A DNA stretch of 64,000 nucleotides from Anaerolineae bacterium (GTDB taxonomy: Bacteria > Chloroflexota > Anaerolineae > Aggregatilineales > UBA3940), in NCBI GenBank assembly GCA_050288085.1, contig JBNKDD010000002.1:1603-65602 (forward strand), given 5' to 3'. This document shows, in pieces, positions 49,111-59,076 of this stretch; the first letter of the stretch is position 1, and each line of letters starts with the position of its first letter. A program made the position numbers and the translations under genes. The notes under the pieces are model-generated. The model was given only the letters and a program-made list of their open reading frames with translations, did not search any database and had not been told where the DNA came from.

Positions 49111-50580
49111 CTACTCAGCAACGGCTTTTTCCTCAACCGGCACAAAATCTGGTGGCAGAAGATCAGCTTCGGTGACAATGCGCGGTACGATCTCTTCCCA
49201 ACCGACCGCCATCAGGTGGATACCGTTGACTCCTTCGAGCTTCTTGACACCTTCAATTAGTTCGAGGGCAATGGCAACACCTTCTTCTTCAGCGCCATCA
49301 CCGGCGGATTCCATGCGCTTCATCAGCGGTTCAGGGATAAAGACCCCCGGTACCTCGTTGTTCATGTATTCGGCTACACGGTAATTCTTGATCGGGGTGA
49401 TACCGATCAGGATGTAAACCTTATCCATGATGTTGCGCTTCGCCAGCTGGTTAAGCCAGATTTCCAGTCCATCGAGATCGTAGACCAGGTTGGTTTGGAA
49501 GAACTGCGCCCCGGCATTGACCTTCTTATGCTCACGGATCGCCTGGAATTCAGGCCGAGAGGCATACGGTGCAGCTGCTGCGCCCAGGAAAATATTGGGG
49601 CGGGATTTAATATTGCGCCCATCCAGGTAGTGACCCTCGTCGCGCATCCGGCGTAGAATCCAGAGCATCTGGATCGAGTCGATATCAACGACATCAAGGC
49701 GGCCCATTGGGGCCGGACCCATCCGCCCATGGTCGCCGGATAAGCATAGGATGTTGGTTACACCCATTGCACTTGCACCGATGACTTCCGCCTGAAGGCC
49801 GGTGCGGGTGCGATCACGGGCAGCAATCTGCATTACCGGCTCAGCACCCAGTTCAAGAGCAATTTTACTGCAAGCCCAGCTCGACATACGCGGGGTAGCG
49901 GATGGGCTGTCGGTGAAGTTTACGGCAGTAACATAGGGCTTGATCATCTCAATATTACGTGTGAGCTTGCCCGTTGCGGTGCTCATCGGCGGTGCAACTT
50001 CCGACGTAACCACAAATTCACCAGCACGGAGGTGGCGTTCTAGTTCAGATATGGGTTCTTCGTAGGCTGGAGCATGATACTCGGAGTCGCCTTGCCACCA
50101 ATCGGGCTGGCGAACCGGTTTGAAGATCGATTCGTGGGTTTCGGCACGCTTTTCTTTCGAGAGATAGCCGCTTATGACATTACCAAAGCCAATTTCTTTG
50201 GCCTGGTGTACCACATCGCCCCAGGTTTCACCACCAACTTTATCCCAATCAAGCGGAGGAAGCACTTCCAGCAGCATCTCCTCTCGCCCCATTTTGAAGG
50301 CACGATCATAGATCTCGTACCAGATGCAGGGGCGCGTTTCATCGACGTAGCAGTGTTCTTCAGTAGAACCACCGCAAGGGCCATTCCGCGCACCTTTGGG
50401 GCATTCCATTGGGCAAATGAAGGCTGTTTCCTGAAGCAAGCAGTTGCCACACATTCGGCAGCCGAACATCGGTCCTTTTGTCATTTTTTCAACAGTGATC
50501 AGGAGTCGGTTGCCCGCCGTTTCCTTTTTGAAGGGACGGTATGGAGGCTGCCAACGGCGTCCGGGGGTGAAAATAGGCAT
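49111..50580 (-). CDS. metF: Methylenetetrahydrofolate reductase, MetV-like Cys-rich domain fused to MetF
   Basis: N-terminal CRMCGNC..CPMECPKGARNGPCGG..C..PCIW; C-terminal EVAPP, TDSP, RDRTR..LSGD, KKVNAGAQFFQTN, GIHLM. Confidence 0.9.
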   Translation of the reverse strand: MPIFTPGRRWQPPYRPFKKETAGNRLLITVEKMTKGPMFGCRMCGNCLLQETAFICPMECPKGARNGPCGGSTEEHCYVDETRPCIWYEIYDRAFKMGREEMLLEVLPPLDWDKVGGETWGDVVHQAKEIGFGNVISGYLSKEKRAETHESIFKPVRQPDWWQGDSEYHAPAYEEPISELERHLRAGEFVVTSEVAPPMSTATGKLTRNIEMIKPYVTAVNFTDSPSATPRMSSWACSKIALELGAEPVMQIAARDRTRTGLQAEVIGASAMGVTNILCLSGDHGRMGPAPMGRLDVVDIDSIQMLWILRRMRDEGHYLDGRNIKSRPNIFLGAAAAPYASRPEFQAIREHKKVNAGAQFFQTNLVYDLDGLEIWLNQLAKRNIMDKVYILIGITPIKNYRVAEYMNNEVPGVFIPEPLMKRMESAGDGAEEEGVAIALELIEGVKKLEGVNGIHLMAVGWEEIVPRIVTEADLLPPDFVPVEEKAVAE

Positions 50581-50721
50581 GTCATCCTCTCTTGCAATCT
50601 ATGCGCGAAGCCAACAGGTATATATTATTTTTAAAAAAGACGATTAGTATTTAGTTTACCGTCGTTGATATATCAGAATCCAGTGATATTTGTATGATTC
50701 ATGGGGTGACATTTGCCAGAC

Positions 50722-50754
50722 AAAACGAGGCGAACCCAGTGAGTCCGCCTCGTT
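50722..50754 (-). terminator. Intrinsic terminator after acsE
   Basis: Minus strand AACGAGGCGGACTC-ACT-GGGTTCGCCTCGTT-TT. Confidence 0.65.
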
Positions 50755-50779
50755 GGTATATGTCACATTCAATTACGAC

Positions 50780-51703
50780 CTACTGCTCCAGGTATGAGTC
50801 GGCGTAGATCACCTTATTGAGCAGGATTTGCACCGTCTTCCAGATGGCAGCCTGCTCCGGGTCACTCATATCCACATCATCAATGGAGGGTTCTTCCATC
50901 GCAGCTACCCGGTCGGACAGCTTCAGATAGAGACGACCGAGGGCCGTACTTTCATCCCGTTCCTCAACAACGCGAATTACCTCTTTGAGGTCTTCGTCAA
51001 GTGGGTCGGCGATCATCATTTGCAGACCAGACCCCATCAGCATAGCACAGTAAACCCGGTTCATGAGCGGACGGTTCTTGTGGGGAACCGCATTTGAAAC
51101 GTTCGACAGGCCAACAGAAATGGCAGGCGGCGGATCCCAAACAACCTGCAAAGTACGCACTGCTTCGATCAGTTCAGGGCAATATTCCTGGCAGCCAGAA
51201 ACGGTCAGCACCAGCGGGTCGATGATCAGGTCTTCGATGGGATAATCGATTTCCAACATGCGCGGGATCAGCTTCTCAATCGCGATGTTGATCCGCTCAT
51301 CAGCCGCCACCGGGATGCTGCCCCGGCCCATCGTCAGCGCGATCAGTTTGGCGTTATATTCCTTAGCAACCAGCGGAACTTTCTCCAGCCGTTCTTCTTC
51401 GGCAGAGGTAGAGTTGATGATCGGCTGGGCTTTGGTGACCTTCTTCAACCCGGCTTCAATACCCTGGAGATTGGTGCTGTCAAAGCTAAGTGGAACATCA
51501 ACCACCGCCTCAACCGTCTCAACCATCCAGGGGAAAATCTCTTCCCAGTCCTTCTTGCGCGGCCCCATGTTCAGGTCAAGTGCCTGTGCACCCGCCTCGA
51601 TCTGTTGAACCGCCAGTTCCTGGAAAAACTTGGCGTCCCGCTCTTTGAGCGCCACCTTAACTTTTTCCGAAATGATGTGAATATTCTCACCGATGATATA
51701 CAT
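50780..51703 (-). CDS. acsE: Methyltetrahydrofolate:corrinoid Fe-S protein methyltransferase AcsE
   Basis: IIGENI, LDLN, SFDS, IINS, IDPL, GLSNVS pterin-binding barrel; cluster context. Confidence 0.9.
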   Translation of the reverse strand: MYIIGENIHIISEKVKVALKERDAKFFQELAVQQIEAGAQALDLNMGPRKKDWEEIFPWMVETVEAVVDVPLSFDSTNLQGIEAGLKKVTKAQPIINSTSAEEERLEKVPLVAKEYNAKLIALTMGRGSIPVAADERINIAIEKLIPRMLEIDYPIEDLIIDPLVLTVSGCQEYCPELIEAVRTLQVVWDPPPAISVGLSNVSNAVPHKNRPLMNRVYCAMLMGSGLQMMIADPLDEDLKEVIRVVEERDESTALGRLYLKLSDRVAAMEEPSIDDVDMSDPEQAAIWKTVQILLNKVIYADSYLEQ

Positions 51704-51708
51704 ATGCG

Positions 51709-53637
51709 TTAATCCTTTTTTGCGACTATTGCCGCCTCCACCGAGGGGAAGCGGGCAAGGTCCGTATGAGGAAGGAACAACGCCGACATGAACGCATCAT
51801 AGAAGGTATTGTCGGCAGATAACTCTATGTAGGTCATACGGGCAGCGATATCTTTGATCTGCGCCCGTCCATTGCGGTCTAGCAAGGCCAGATAAGCGCC
51901 TTTGACCGACGTATTCCCCAGGAATTGGAACTGATCCCAGGGCATATCAGGCAGCAGCCCGATCTCAATTGCTTTTTCAACGTTGATGTATTTACCAAAC
52001 GATCCGCCGATCAGGATTTGCTCGACCATTTCAAGCGGTACACCGACGCTCTCCGCCAGAACGGAGAACCCGGCATAGATTGCAGCCTTGGCCCGCAGCA
52101 GATTGTCGATGTCCACACGGGTAATGACAATATCCGAGCCGGTTTGTGTTTCGTCTGCCCAGGCCACAACGTACTCGCTGCCATGTTCGCCTTCACGGGT
52201 ACGCGGCGTATCCAGATCGACCTTCACATTGCCGCTTTTATCCACCACACCGGTCAGGAACAATTCTGCCAGCAGCGAGATCAAACCGCTTCCGCATAGA
52301 CCACGCGGTTTGACACCGCCAATCACGCGGAAGGATGGTTCGTAGGTTTCGCCATCAACCCAGACTTCTTCGATAGCACCCTGTGTGGCCCGCATGCCGT
52401 GTCTCACACCGGCCCCTTCAAAAGCAGGCCCGGCAGAACAGGCACAGGTCACCAGCCATTCATTTGAACCCAGCACGATCTCGCCATTGGTTCCGACATC
52501 CAGGAACAGGGTGATCTTCTCAGTGTCATCCATACCGGACGACAGCACCCCGGCGCTGATATCTGCACCAACGTAGCTGGCAATACCCGGCAAACAGTCA
52601 ATGACTCCCTCCGGGTGGATGACAATTCCGACTTCCTGTGCGATCAGAGTTGGGATATGGTTGATGGCAGTGACAAAAGGAGATAACCGGATGCTGGCTG
52701 CCGGGATACCCAACAGCAGATGGATCATGGTGCTGTTTCCGGCAACGGTCGCCTTGACGACGTCGGCAGGATCGGCCTGCACACGTTTACAAGCCCTTTC
52801 AAGCAGCTCATTGATCGTCCCCAGCACCAGGTCACGGATTTCAACGTGGCCTTCGTTTTTGCTGGAGTAGATGATCCGGGAGATGACATCCTCGCCACGA
52901 GAGATTTGCCTATTGTATTCGGCAACCTGGGCACGCACCTCGCCGGTTAGCAAATCGACCAACCAGAGCGACACCGTGGTCGTCCCAATGTCAATTGCTG
53001 CGCCCCACAGGGGTTCATCCGCCGGGGTAAGTCCAGGTTTCAGAGCGATCAACCGGGCTGGGCAATCTTCACAATCCCAGGTGGCTGTGTCGAGAACCGC
53101 CGTTACCTGCCACTCACCCTCACGAACCACGCCGCCGACTTGCCGGAGCATCGCCAATGAAGCCTGCACCTGATCAATTCCAGACTGCTGGCGCAGTGCT
53201 GTCTGAAGGCGGCTCCAATCGTCGGTCTGGTCGTCCATGCTGGGTGGATTTAAGGTCAATGCGTAGCGGTGAATGGGCTGGCTGGTGTCCGGATCATAAT
53301 CCGGCGGCACGGTTACTTTCGCCGCGGTCCGGTCGGTGGTAAGCCTTCGCTCGATTTTCTCCTGCGGCGGTACGTGAATAGCAGCATCACCTTCAACCAC
53401 CGTCTGACAGGCCAAAGCGTAACCTGCATCAACGTCCTCTTGCGATAGGCGTAGGGTGCTCCGGCGGCGTACCGTTCCGTCAGTTACCTGAACGGCACAG
53501 CGACCGCAGCGACCCTGCCCTCCGCAAGGCTGCATGATGTCTACCCCGGCCCGGCGAGCGGCCTCTACCAGCAGCGTACCGGTTGGCACACTCACCGGTT
53601 CGGGGACTGTATCGAACTTAACAAGATGTTCAGCCAT
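51709..53637 (-). CDS. acsV: Corrinoid reductive activator RACo/AcsV (2Fe-2S plus ASKHA domain)
   Basis: CGGQGRCGRC..LACQ, IDIGTTT, YVGAD, DVGTNGE, SAGPAFEG, AKAA. Confidence 0.9.
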   Translation of the reverse strand: MAEHLVKFDTVPEPVSVPTGTLLVEAARRAGVDIMQPCGGQGRCGRCAVQVTDGTVRRRSTLRLSQEDVDAGYALACQTVVEGDAAIHVPPQEKIERRLTTDRTAAKVTVPPDYDPDTSQPIHRYALTLNPPSMDDQTDDWSRLQTALRQQSGIDQVQASLAMLRQVGGVVREGEWQVTAVLDTATWDCEDCPARLIALKPGLTPADEPLWGAAIDIGTTTVSLWLVDLLTGEVRAQVAEYNRQISRGEDVISRIIYSSKNEGHVEIRDLVLGTINELLERACKRVQADPADVVKATVAGNSTMIHLLLGIPAASIRLSPFVTAINHIPTLIAQEVGIVIHPEGVIDCLPGIASYVGADISAGVLSSGMDDTEKITLFLDVGTNGEIVLGSNEWLVTCACSAGPAFEGAGVRHGMRATQGAIEEVWVDGETYEPSFRVIGGVKPRGLCGSGLISLLAELFLTGVVDKSGNVKVDLDTPRTREGEHGSEYVVAWADETQTGSDIVITRVDIDNLLRAKAAIYAGFSVLAESVGVPLEMVEQILIGGSFGKYINVEKAIEIGLLPDMPWDQFQFLGNTSVKGAYLALLDRNGRAQIKDIAARMTYIELSADNTFYDAFMSALFLPHTDLARFPSVEAAIVAKKD

Positions 53638-53862
53638 TTATCCATCCAGTGTGTGAAAGATTCTCCATCAAAGTCCGGTTTTTATCGGAAGCTGGATTGC
53701 AGACCGTCCAACTTTCGCCTTCCGGTGTCAGAGACGTGGCTTCTAAGCCGGTTCCCTGTACACGTACCCGGTTTGGTGGGCAGTTCCCACACTGATGCTC
53801 AATGGCTGTCATTCGCATACATACCTGTTGGTTCGATAACATTACATGCCTCAATAGTGTAT

Positions 53863-55206
53863 CTACGCTAAAACCTGTTTCATGTAGGAAGGTAGGTCAA
53901 CGGCCTCACGCGGCCCAACCATCACCTGCCAATCGGGCAGTTCTTCTTCCAGTTCACCGGATAGAACAGCCACATGCCCTGGCAGGACAATTCGCTTATT
54001 GCTGACTTTGTCGGCCAGGCCAAATTCCTTGACCGCTTTGGCGATCCGCTCGGCATCAAACTTACCGGCGGCCCAGGCCGTCAGCACGCTCATGCCCTCG
54101 GCATCAGCAACCAACAGCCAGCCGGGCATTCCAGACCCTTCAACTTCGTTGGCAACACTGAAGTAAGTGATGCTGAAGTTGGTGGTAACCAGCACCGGGT
54201 CTTCGGGTTTTGGATCGTTGATTTCGTATAGACCTGGTTGTACCTGGATGGGCTTCTGCGGGTCGGTGTAGATGTTTTGGCGCAGCACCAACAGCGAGTA
54301 AGCCAGTTCGGGCTTGAACTTATCGAGCACGATGAAGCCTGCATACTTGGCAATCGCCTGGGCAGCCAGCACCGACTCATGGCCCGGATCACCGGCTTCG
54401 CTGGGGAAGGCGATAATCGGGAAGCCCAGCGGGCGGAAATTCTTCTTGAGAGCCAGGCGGCGAATCTGGGTGCTGAGAGTCAGCGACCCGCTCATGTCCC
54501 GCGCAGCCGGATCAAGCACCAGGTCTTCAACACCCTTGCCCTTGATCTTTTCGGTCAGGTCGGCCAATTCATCCAGTGAGCCGCCGATAACGGACAGCGG
54601 CACTGAATGCTTGCTGGCCAGATCGGCCATCGCTTCCCAGTTGTCGGCGTCAGCACCATAGATCAGAGGAGCTTCGCCATCAACTGCCTGAAGTCCGGCC
54701 TCAACAACTGCCGGGTCTTTGCTAATCAAGATCAAAGGGAGGCTGCTCGCTTCGCGTACAGCGCTAACTGCTGCCGCGAATGCTGAAGCATCGCCGCTGC
54801 TCGATTCGACCGCAATCCCGTCCAGCTTCAGGTCAATGCCCACGTAGTTGACGGCATAAGCATCAATTTCCTGGACACTGGCCTTGATATCATCGGCGGA
54901 TTGTCCATCTTTCACACGGATGAACAGACCCGGCATATGATAGAAAGTCTTCTCGTGACGGAACAACACCACTTCGTTGCCCGATTTAACCTCATGCCCA
55001 TTGGCCTTGAGCGTCACCAACCGCACCGGCGGGGCCGCCGATTCGGCTAACTGCTCTTTGGCCTCATCGCTAACGTGGGGGCAGTCGGAGAGTTCGACCT
55101 GCTTGGCGGCCAATTTCATCGCAAAGGCCAGGCAGGTGGGGAAGCCACAGTCCTTACAGTTGGTCTGCGGCAGCATTTTGTAGATTTGGATACCAGATAA
55201 AGCCAT
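53863..55206 (-). CDS. acsC: Corrinoid Fe-S protein large subunit AcsC
   Basis: LPQTNCKDCGFPTCLAFA..CP, RHEKTF, LRQNIYTDPQKP, TTNFSITYF, SVLTAWAAGKF. Confidence 0.96.
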   Translation of the reverse strand: MALSGIQIYKMLPQTNCKDCGFPTCLAFAMKLAAKQVELSDCPHVSDEAKEQLAESAAPPVRLVTLKANGHEVKSGNEVVLFRHEKTFYHMPGLFIRVKDGQSADDIKASVQEIDAYAVNYVGIDLKLDGIAVESSSGDASAFAAAVSAVREASSLPLILISKDPAVVEAGLQAVDGEAPLIYGADADNWEAMADLASKHSVPLSVIGGSLDELADLTEKIKGKGVEDLVLDPAARDMSGSLTLSTQIRRLALKKNFRPLGFPIIAFPSEAGDPGHESVLAAQAIAKYAGFIVLDKFKPELAYSLLVLRQNIYTDPQKPIQVQPGLYEINDPKPEDPVLVTTNFSITYFSVANEVEGSGMPGWLLVADAEGMSVLTAWAAGKFDAERIAKAVKEFGLADKVSNKRIVLPGHVAVLSGELEEELPDWQVMVGPREAVDLPSYMKQVLA

Positions 55207-55233
55207 TCTTTTTCTCCTTGCCGGATGAAATCC

Positions 55234-56208
55234 CTATGCCTCTTCGGGGACGGTCATCAACTCGTCGATGGCGGCCTTAACGCGCTTGACGCTTTCGGGG
55301 TGACGCAGCACGACAATATCAGCACCCGATTCGAGCAGCGGGATAGCGGTTAAGGTTTCCCAACTGATCGCTCGTTCCTGCCAATCGCCCCAGGCTTCAG
55401 GAACACCATCACCAACCTTAGCTTCCTTTGCCTTCCAGGTTTCATAGCCAACCGTGACGATCATCGGTAACTGCGTCATGGCGTCGCCCTGAAGGGCAGC
55501 CAACCGCAGACGCTCCATCACTGAATAGCCATATTCAATCCCATAGCCAAGTGCACCGGTGGTCGGGTCCATGATCACCCGCTCAAGAGGCAGTCCCATG
55601 TCGCTGATCAGGATATTAAGCTGTTTTGCCAGATTAACATCCATAGCGGTGCGGGCAACAACCAGGTGATCGTTTGCCATAGCCGTTGCCACAATGGTGC
55701 GATAGTTCTTATCCTCGCAAAGCCCCAATACCAGCCGCTCACCTTTGGTCGCCTCGGCAACCGGGACCAGCAACTCGTTATCGATGTCGACCTGTCCGGG
55801 GCCAAAGACCATCAAGGGCAGACCGCTGGCTTCGAGCACGGCTTTCACCGCCGCCACTGCCTGATCGGGGGTAGTCGGATTGCCATCCGCATCGGTCAGG
55901 CTCAGGCTGAGTTGGAGCAAATCGGCTCCAGCTTCTTCGGCTGCCTTTGCCCAGGTTCCGGGGTCATTAGCTGCATCGCCCCAGACTTCCAACAACAATT
56001 CCGACCAATCATCCGGCAGGCGGTCTTTGATTTCCACTGCCACCAACGGACGATAGGGCATCTCGTTCTCAAAATGCATAAACGGCAGCGATTTTTCACC
56101 GCCAATTGTAACGGTAGAGCTTCGGGAACCGCCGTCAGCTTCCACCGCACCGATAGTAATCGTGCGGACCTCTCCGGCCCATTTATCTTTTGGCACTTCA
56201 ACAGGCAT
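55234..56208 (-). CDS. acsD: Corrinoid Fe-S protein small subunit AcsD
   Basis: DVNLAKQLN, MDPTTGALGYGIEY, MERLRLAAL.GD..QLP, RHP. Confidence 0.95.
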   Translation of the reverse strand: MPVEVPKDKWAGEVRTITIGAVEADGGSRSSTVTIGGEKSLPFMHFENEMPYRPLVAVEIKDRLPDDWSELLLEVWGDAANDPGTWAKAAEEAGADLLQLSLSLTDADGNPTTPDQAVAAVKAVLEASGLPLMVFGPGQVDIDNELLVPVAEATKGERLVLGLCEDKNYRTIVATAMANDHLVVARTAMDVNLAKQLNILISDMGLPLERVIMDPTTGALGYGIEYGYSVMERLRLAALQGDAMTQLPMIVTVGYETWKAKEAKVGDGVPEAWGDWQERAISWETLTAIPLLESGADIVVLRHPESVKRVKAAIDELMTVPEEA

Positions 56209-56213
56209 ATATA

Positions 56214-56732
56214 TTACTCCTGATTGCGTTTGTGAAGCTCGGCCTGCCGCCGTGCGGCGTCGCGCTTCTCGATAAATATTTCTATAGGCGACCGGCGTTC
56301 TGCTTCGATACCCAGATCACGCAGTTCTGTATCGTTATCTGCTGTCAAGTGGCGTAGAAGGTGTCGGTAAGACAGCATCGCCGCCGGGTAAATGATACCA
56401 TTGGCGTTGTGTGTCAGAAAAACGATGCGAGTGCCCATATCTTGCATAAGCTGGGCGGCTGCTGTTAATGGAATATCTGGCGGAACTTCGTGCATCCCCT
56501 CGGTCATCACATCTTCTGCGACGAGATCATGTACATTGTCGCGTGTATAAGCTTTGACCAACTCATCCTGAGTGACCACCCCGACCGCCTGTCCATCCTG
56601 GTCAAGGACAACCATGCCTTCCAGGTCTTTTTCAAGCAAGAGGCGGGCAATGTCAATAACCGGTGTATCAGGTGGGCAGGTGGAAACTCCGACCGTCATC
56701 AAGTCGCGGACGAGCTTAGGATTATCGCCCAT
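56214..56732 (-). CDS. Stand-alone CBS-pair (Bateman) protein
   Basis: VRDLMT..VVLDQDGQAVGVVTQDEL..AEDVMT; GAGGGG RBS before ATG 56732. Confidence 0.85.
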   Translation of the reverse strand: MGDNPKLVRDLMTVGVSTCPPDTPVIDIARLLLEKDLEGMVVLDQDGQAVGVVTQDELVKAYTRDNVHDLVAEDVMTEGMHEVPPDIPLTAAAQLMQDMGTRIVFLTHNANGIIYPAAMLSYRHLLRHLTADNDTELRDLGIEAERRSPIEIFIEKRDAARRQAELHKRNQE

Positions 56733-56788
56733 GTTACCCCTCAAGACAGAATCAGGGGAGGAACGATGTCCTCCCCTCCCAATTTTAC

Positions 56789-59062
56789 CTAGAAAATTGC
56801 ATCCATGACCAGTGCTGGATGGTTGTGTTCCTCCAGCCAGGCCATCAATTCATCAACGGTGTTAACGTTGCGCTCGTCGGCGATCTTATCGATCAGATCG
56901 GGATCGCCCTCGCGCTCGGCAACCACCTTGAATTCATCGGACATTGTTTCCTTGAGGACGCTGCTCATCCAGACGACGCGCTTGAATCCGCCGTCTGAGG
57001 AGATGAACTTGGGGCTGATCAGGTAGAACTTACCAACACCCATCACGCCCGGCGTTTGCAGACCGCCACCGGCAATACCAGCCAGGGTACTGAATGTCAT
57101 CCCTGCCGGGGTCATGCTGGTGTCCTCGCGGCTGACAACCATCACGCCGTTGACTTCGGGGATCAACATCACGATGCACTCAAAGCAGCCGCAGGCCGTC
57201 ATCGGATTTTCCATGATTGAGTACATGGCAACCTCTTCGACCACACCATGCGAGCCAATCTTGGCGTATTCGTTGGTTCCTTCCCAGTAGCCCTTTTCAA
57301 AGTCAACCAGTTTACCAAGCTTAATGGGTTGATTGGGGCCGGTCGGATTGATGCTAAATGAGGCTTTGCAGTCCAGCCAGTTGTAAGCGCCGCACAGGCC
57401 CAGGCGCTCCGGGCTGACCACGCAAACGTGATTCGGTGCGAAGGATTGGCACAGCGTGCAGGAATAGAACTCATCGACTGCATCATCGGTCAGGTCGGCC
57501 AGCCGCTTGTTGCGATAGTCATAAGCTTCGCGGGCAGTGCCCAACCACTCTTCGAGCTTGTCTGGATCGGTGTAGATCGTGACCTGCACCTTATCGACAA
57601 TCGCGCCGAAATCGGCGTGGAAGCGGGCGTGCAATATCTTGCCAAAGTGCTCCAGATTGAAGCCTTTATCCGCTGCCGCCGTCGAGACACGAATCCAGGT
57701 GATATCACGCTGCCCGATGTGCTGGATACCAGAAGCACCATTAACGAAGTAGTGAACCTGGCGCTCAAGCACCGGTTCAAAGTCTTCCTGCATTTGCCGT
57801 CCGGCCACCTCGATGACAATACCCATGTCCATCGAGCCCTGTACATCAAGCTCGTCAAAGCCTGGGCCAACCACCTCAACTTTGCCATCGGTGACATCAT
57901 CCAGGCCCGCCATCCGCAGGTACTCGAAGCACCGGGAGTGCTTACCGCCAAACTCGACGCGCATGTCTGCCCGGCGGACAACCTCGCCCTCGAAAGCGGA
58001 GCCGTAGGGAACCGGAACTGGCACATCGGCGACTTTAACCTTGACGCCACGCACTTCGATGCACTTCTGCACCAGCCGCTCGGCACGTTCAAGATCATCT
58101 GCCCCGTCGATCTCGTTGAAGGGCATGCTGACCACATGTTCATAGGTCGTCACACCGGTGGGCAGGATTTCGGGGATAACCGTATCGGCGATCACCGGGA
58201 AGCCAAAGTTGATGGCCCCGGCGGCTGCCGCGTATTTCAAATCATCGACCTCACCCAGTGCCAGCACGAAGGCGAACACACGCTCCCGGTTGTACAGCAG
58301 GATTTCGCGGGCCATCGCAGGCTTGAGGCCGCCGAAGGTCAGTGCCGACCGGGTAGCAAACCCCAGTGCATAGATAGCGCTCAGTGTGTCAGTGCCGAAG
58401 GGGACAGTATAGGTGTCATAACCCAGTTCAACGCCCTCTTCTTGCAACTGGTGGATGATACTCCGCCCGTTAACATTGCCCGACAGGAAGGTCAGGATGT
58501 TACGGCGTTGAAGCTCACGCACGATCTGTACGGCCACCTCGTTTGACTTGGCCGCACCGACAATCGCCGCGAAGCCGGGCATACGCCCGTCCACCAACTG
58601 GATACCCCATGAACGGAGTTGGATGTCATCAATTGGGCCGTTCAGGTGACCAGCCGGGCCATCGCCATTACCACCGTATGAGGTTCCACCGGCCAACTCA
58701 AAGCCGGGATAGGGCTCTGGCTGCAAGCCGTACACAAAGCGAACAGCCTCGATGGCTTCCGCAGCAATGAGAGTCGCCATACCGCTGTCGAGTGTCTCGC
58801 CGAGGTAAGGCGTCCAATTGTGGATCGAGGGAATCGGGTGCAGCAGTTCGCGGGCATGAGCCAGCACCGGCTTGAGCTGTTCCAGCGTTTCCACCTCGAT
58901 TCCGGTCATGCCCAGGATCAACGGCAGATAGTAAGCCGTGTTAGGGAATGAAACCGGTGTATCAGGCCCCTTTTCTGCCAGGGCTTTCTCCAGCATGACT
59001 TCTGCTTCCGTGACAAGGGCACTCGCCCCGCGAATGGCCCTCGTAGCAATATATCGTGACAT
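56789..59062 (-). CDS. acsB: Acetyl-CoA synthase (bacterial type) AcsB
   Basis: FPNTAYYLP, A-cluster motifs SCTLCQSFAPNHVC..GLCGA and PMTACGCFE, GGLQTPG. Confidence 0.97.
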   Translation of the reverse strand: MSRYIATRAIRGASALVTEAEVMLEKALAEKGPDTPVSFPNTAYYLPLILGMTGIEVETLEQLKPVLAHARELLHPIPSIHNWTPYLGETLDSGMATLIAAEAIEAVRFVYGLQPEPYPGFELAGGTSYGGNGDGPAGHLNGPIDDIQLRSWGIQLVDGRMPGFAAIVGAAKSNEVAVQIVRELQRRNILTFLSGNVNGRSIIHQLQEEGVELGYDTYTVPFGTDTLSAIYALGFATRSALTFGGLKPAMAREILLYNRERVFAFVLALGEVDDLKYAAAAGAINFGFPVIADTVIPEILPTGVTTYEHVVSMPFNEIDGADDLERAERLVQKCIEVRGVKVKVADVPVPVPYGSAFEGEVVRRADMRVEFGGKHSRCFEYLRMAGLDDVTDGKVEVVGPGFDELDVQGSMDMGIVIEVAGRQMQEDFEPVLERQVHYFVNGASGIQHIGQRDITWIRVSTAAADKGFNLEHFGKILHARFHADFGAIVDKVQVTIYTDPDKLEEWLGTAREAYDYRNKRLADLTDDAVDEFYSCTLCQSFAPNHVCVVSPERLGLCGAYNWLDCKASFSINPTGPNQPIKLGKLVDFEKGYWEGTNEYAKIGSHGVVEEVAMYSIMENPMTACGCFECIVMLIPEVNGVMVVSREDTSMTPAGMTFSTLAGIAGGGLQTPGVMGVGKFYLISPKFISSDGGFKRVVWMSSVLKETMSDEFKVVAEREGDPDLIDKIADERNVNTVDELMAWLEEHNHPALVMDAIF

Positions 59063-59076
59063 GTAATGGTTCCTCC

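Noticed and set aside
57428-58546. 372-aa plus-strand ORF antisense to acsB, and similar ORFs opposite clpC, pheT, ALDH and cooC
   Set aside because: Shadow frames of conserved GC-rich genes, with no motifs of their own.
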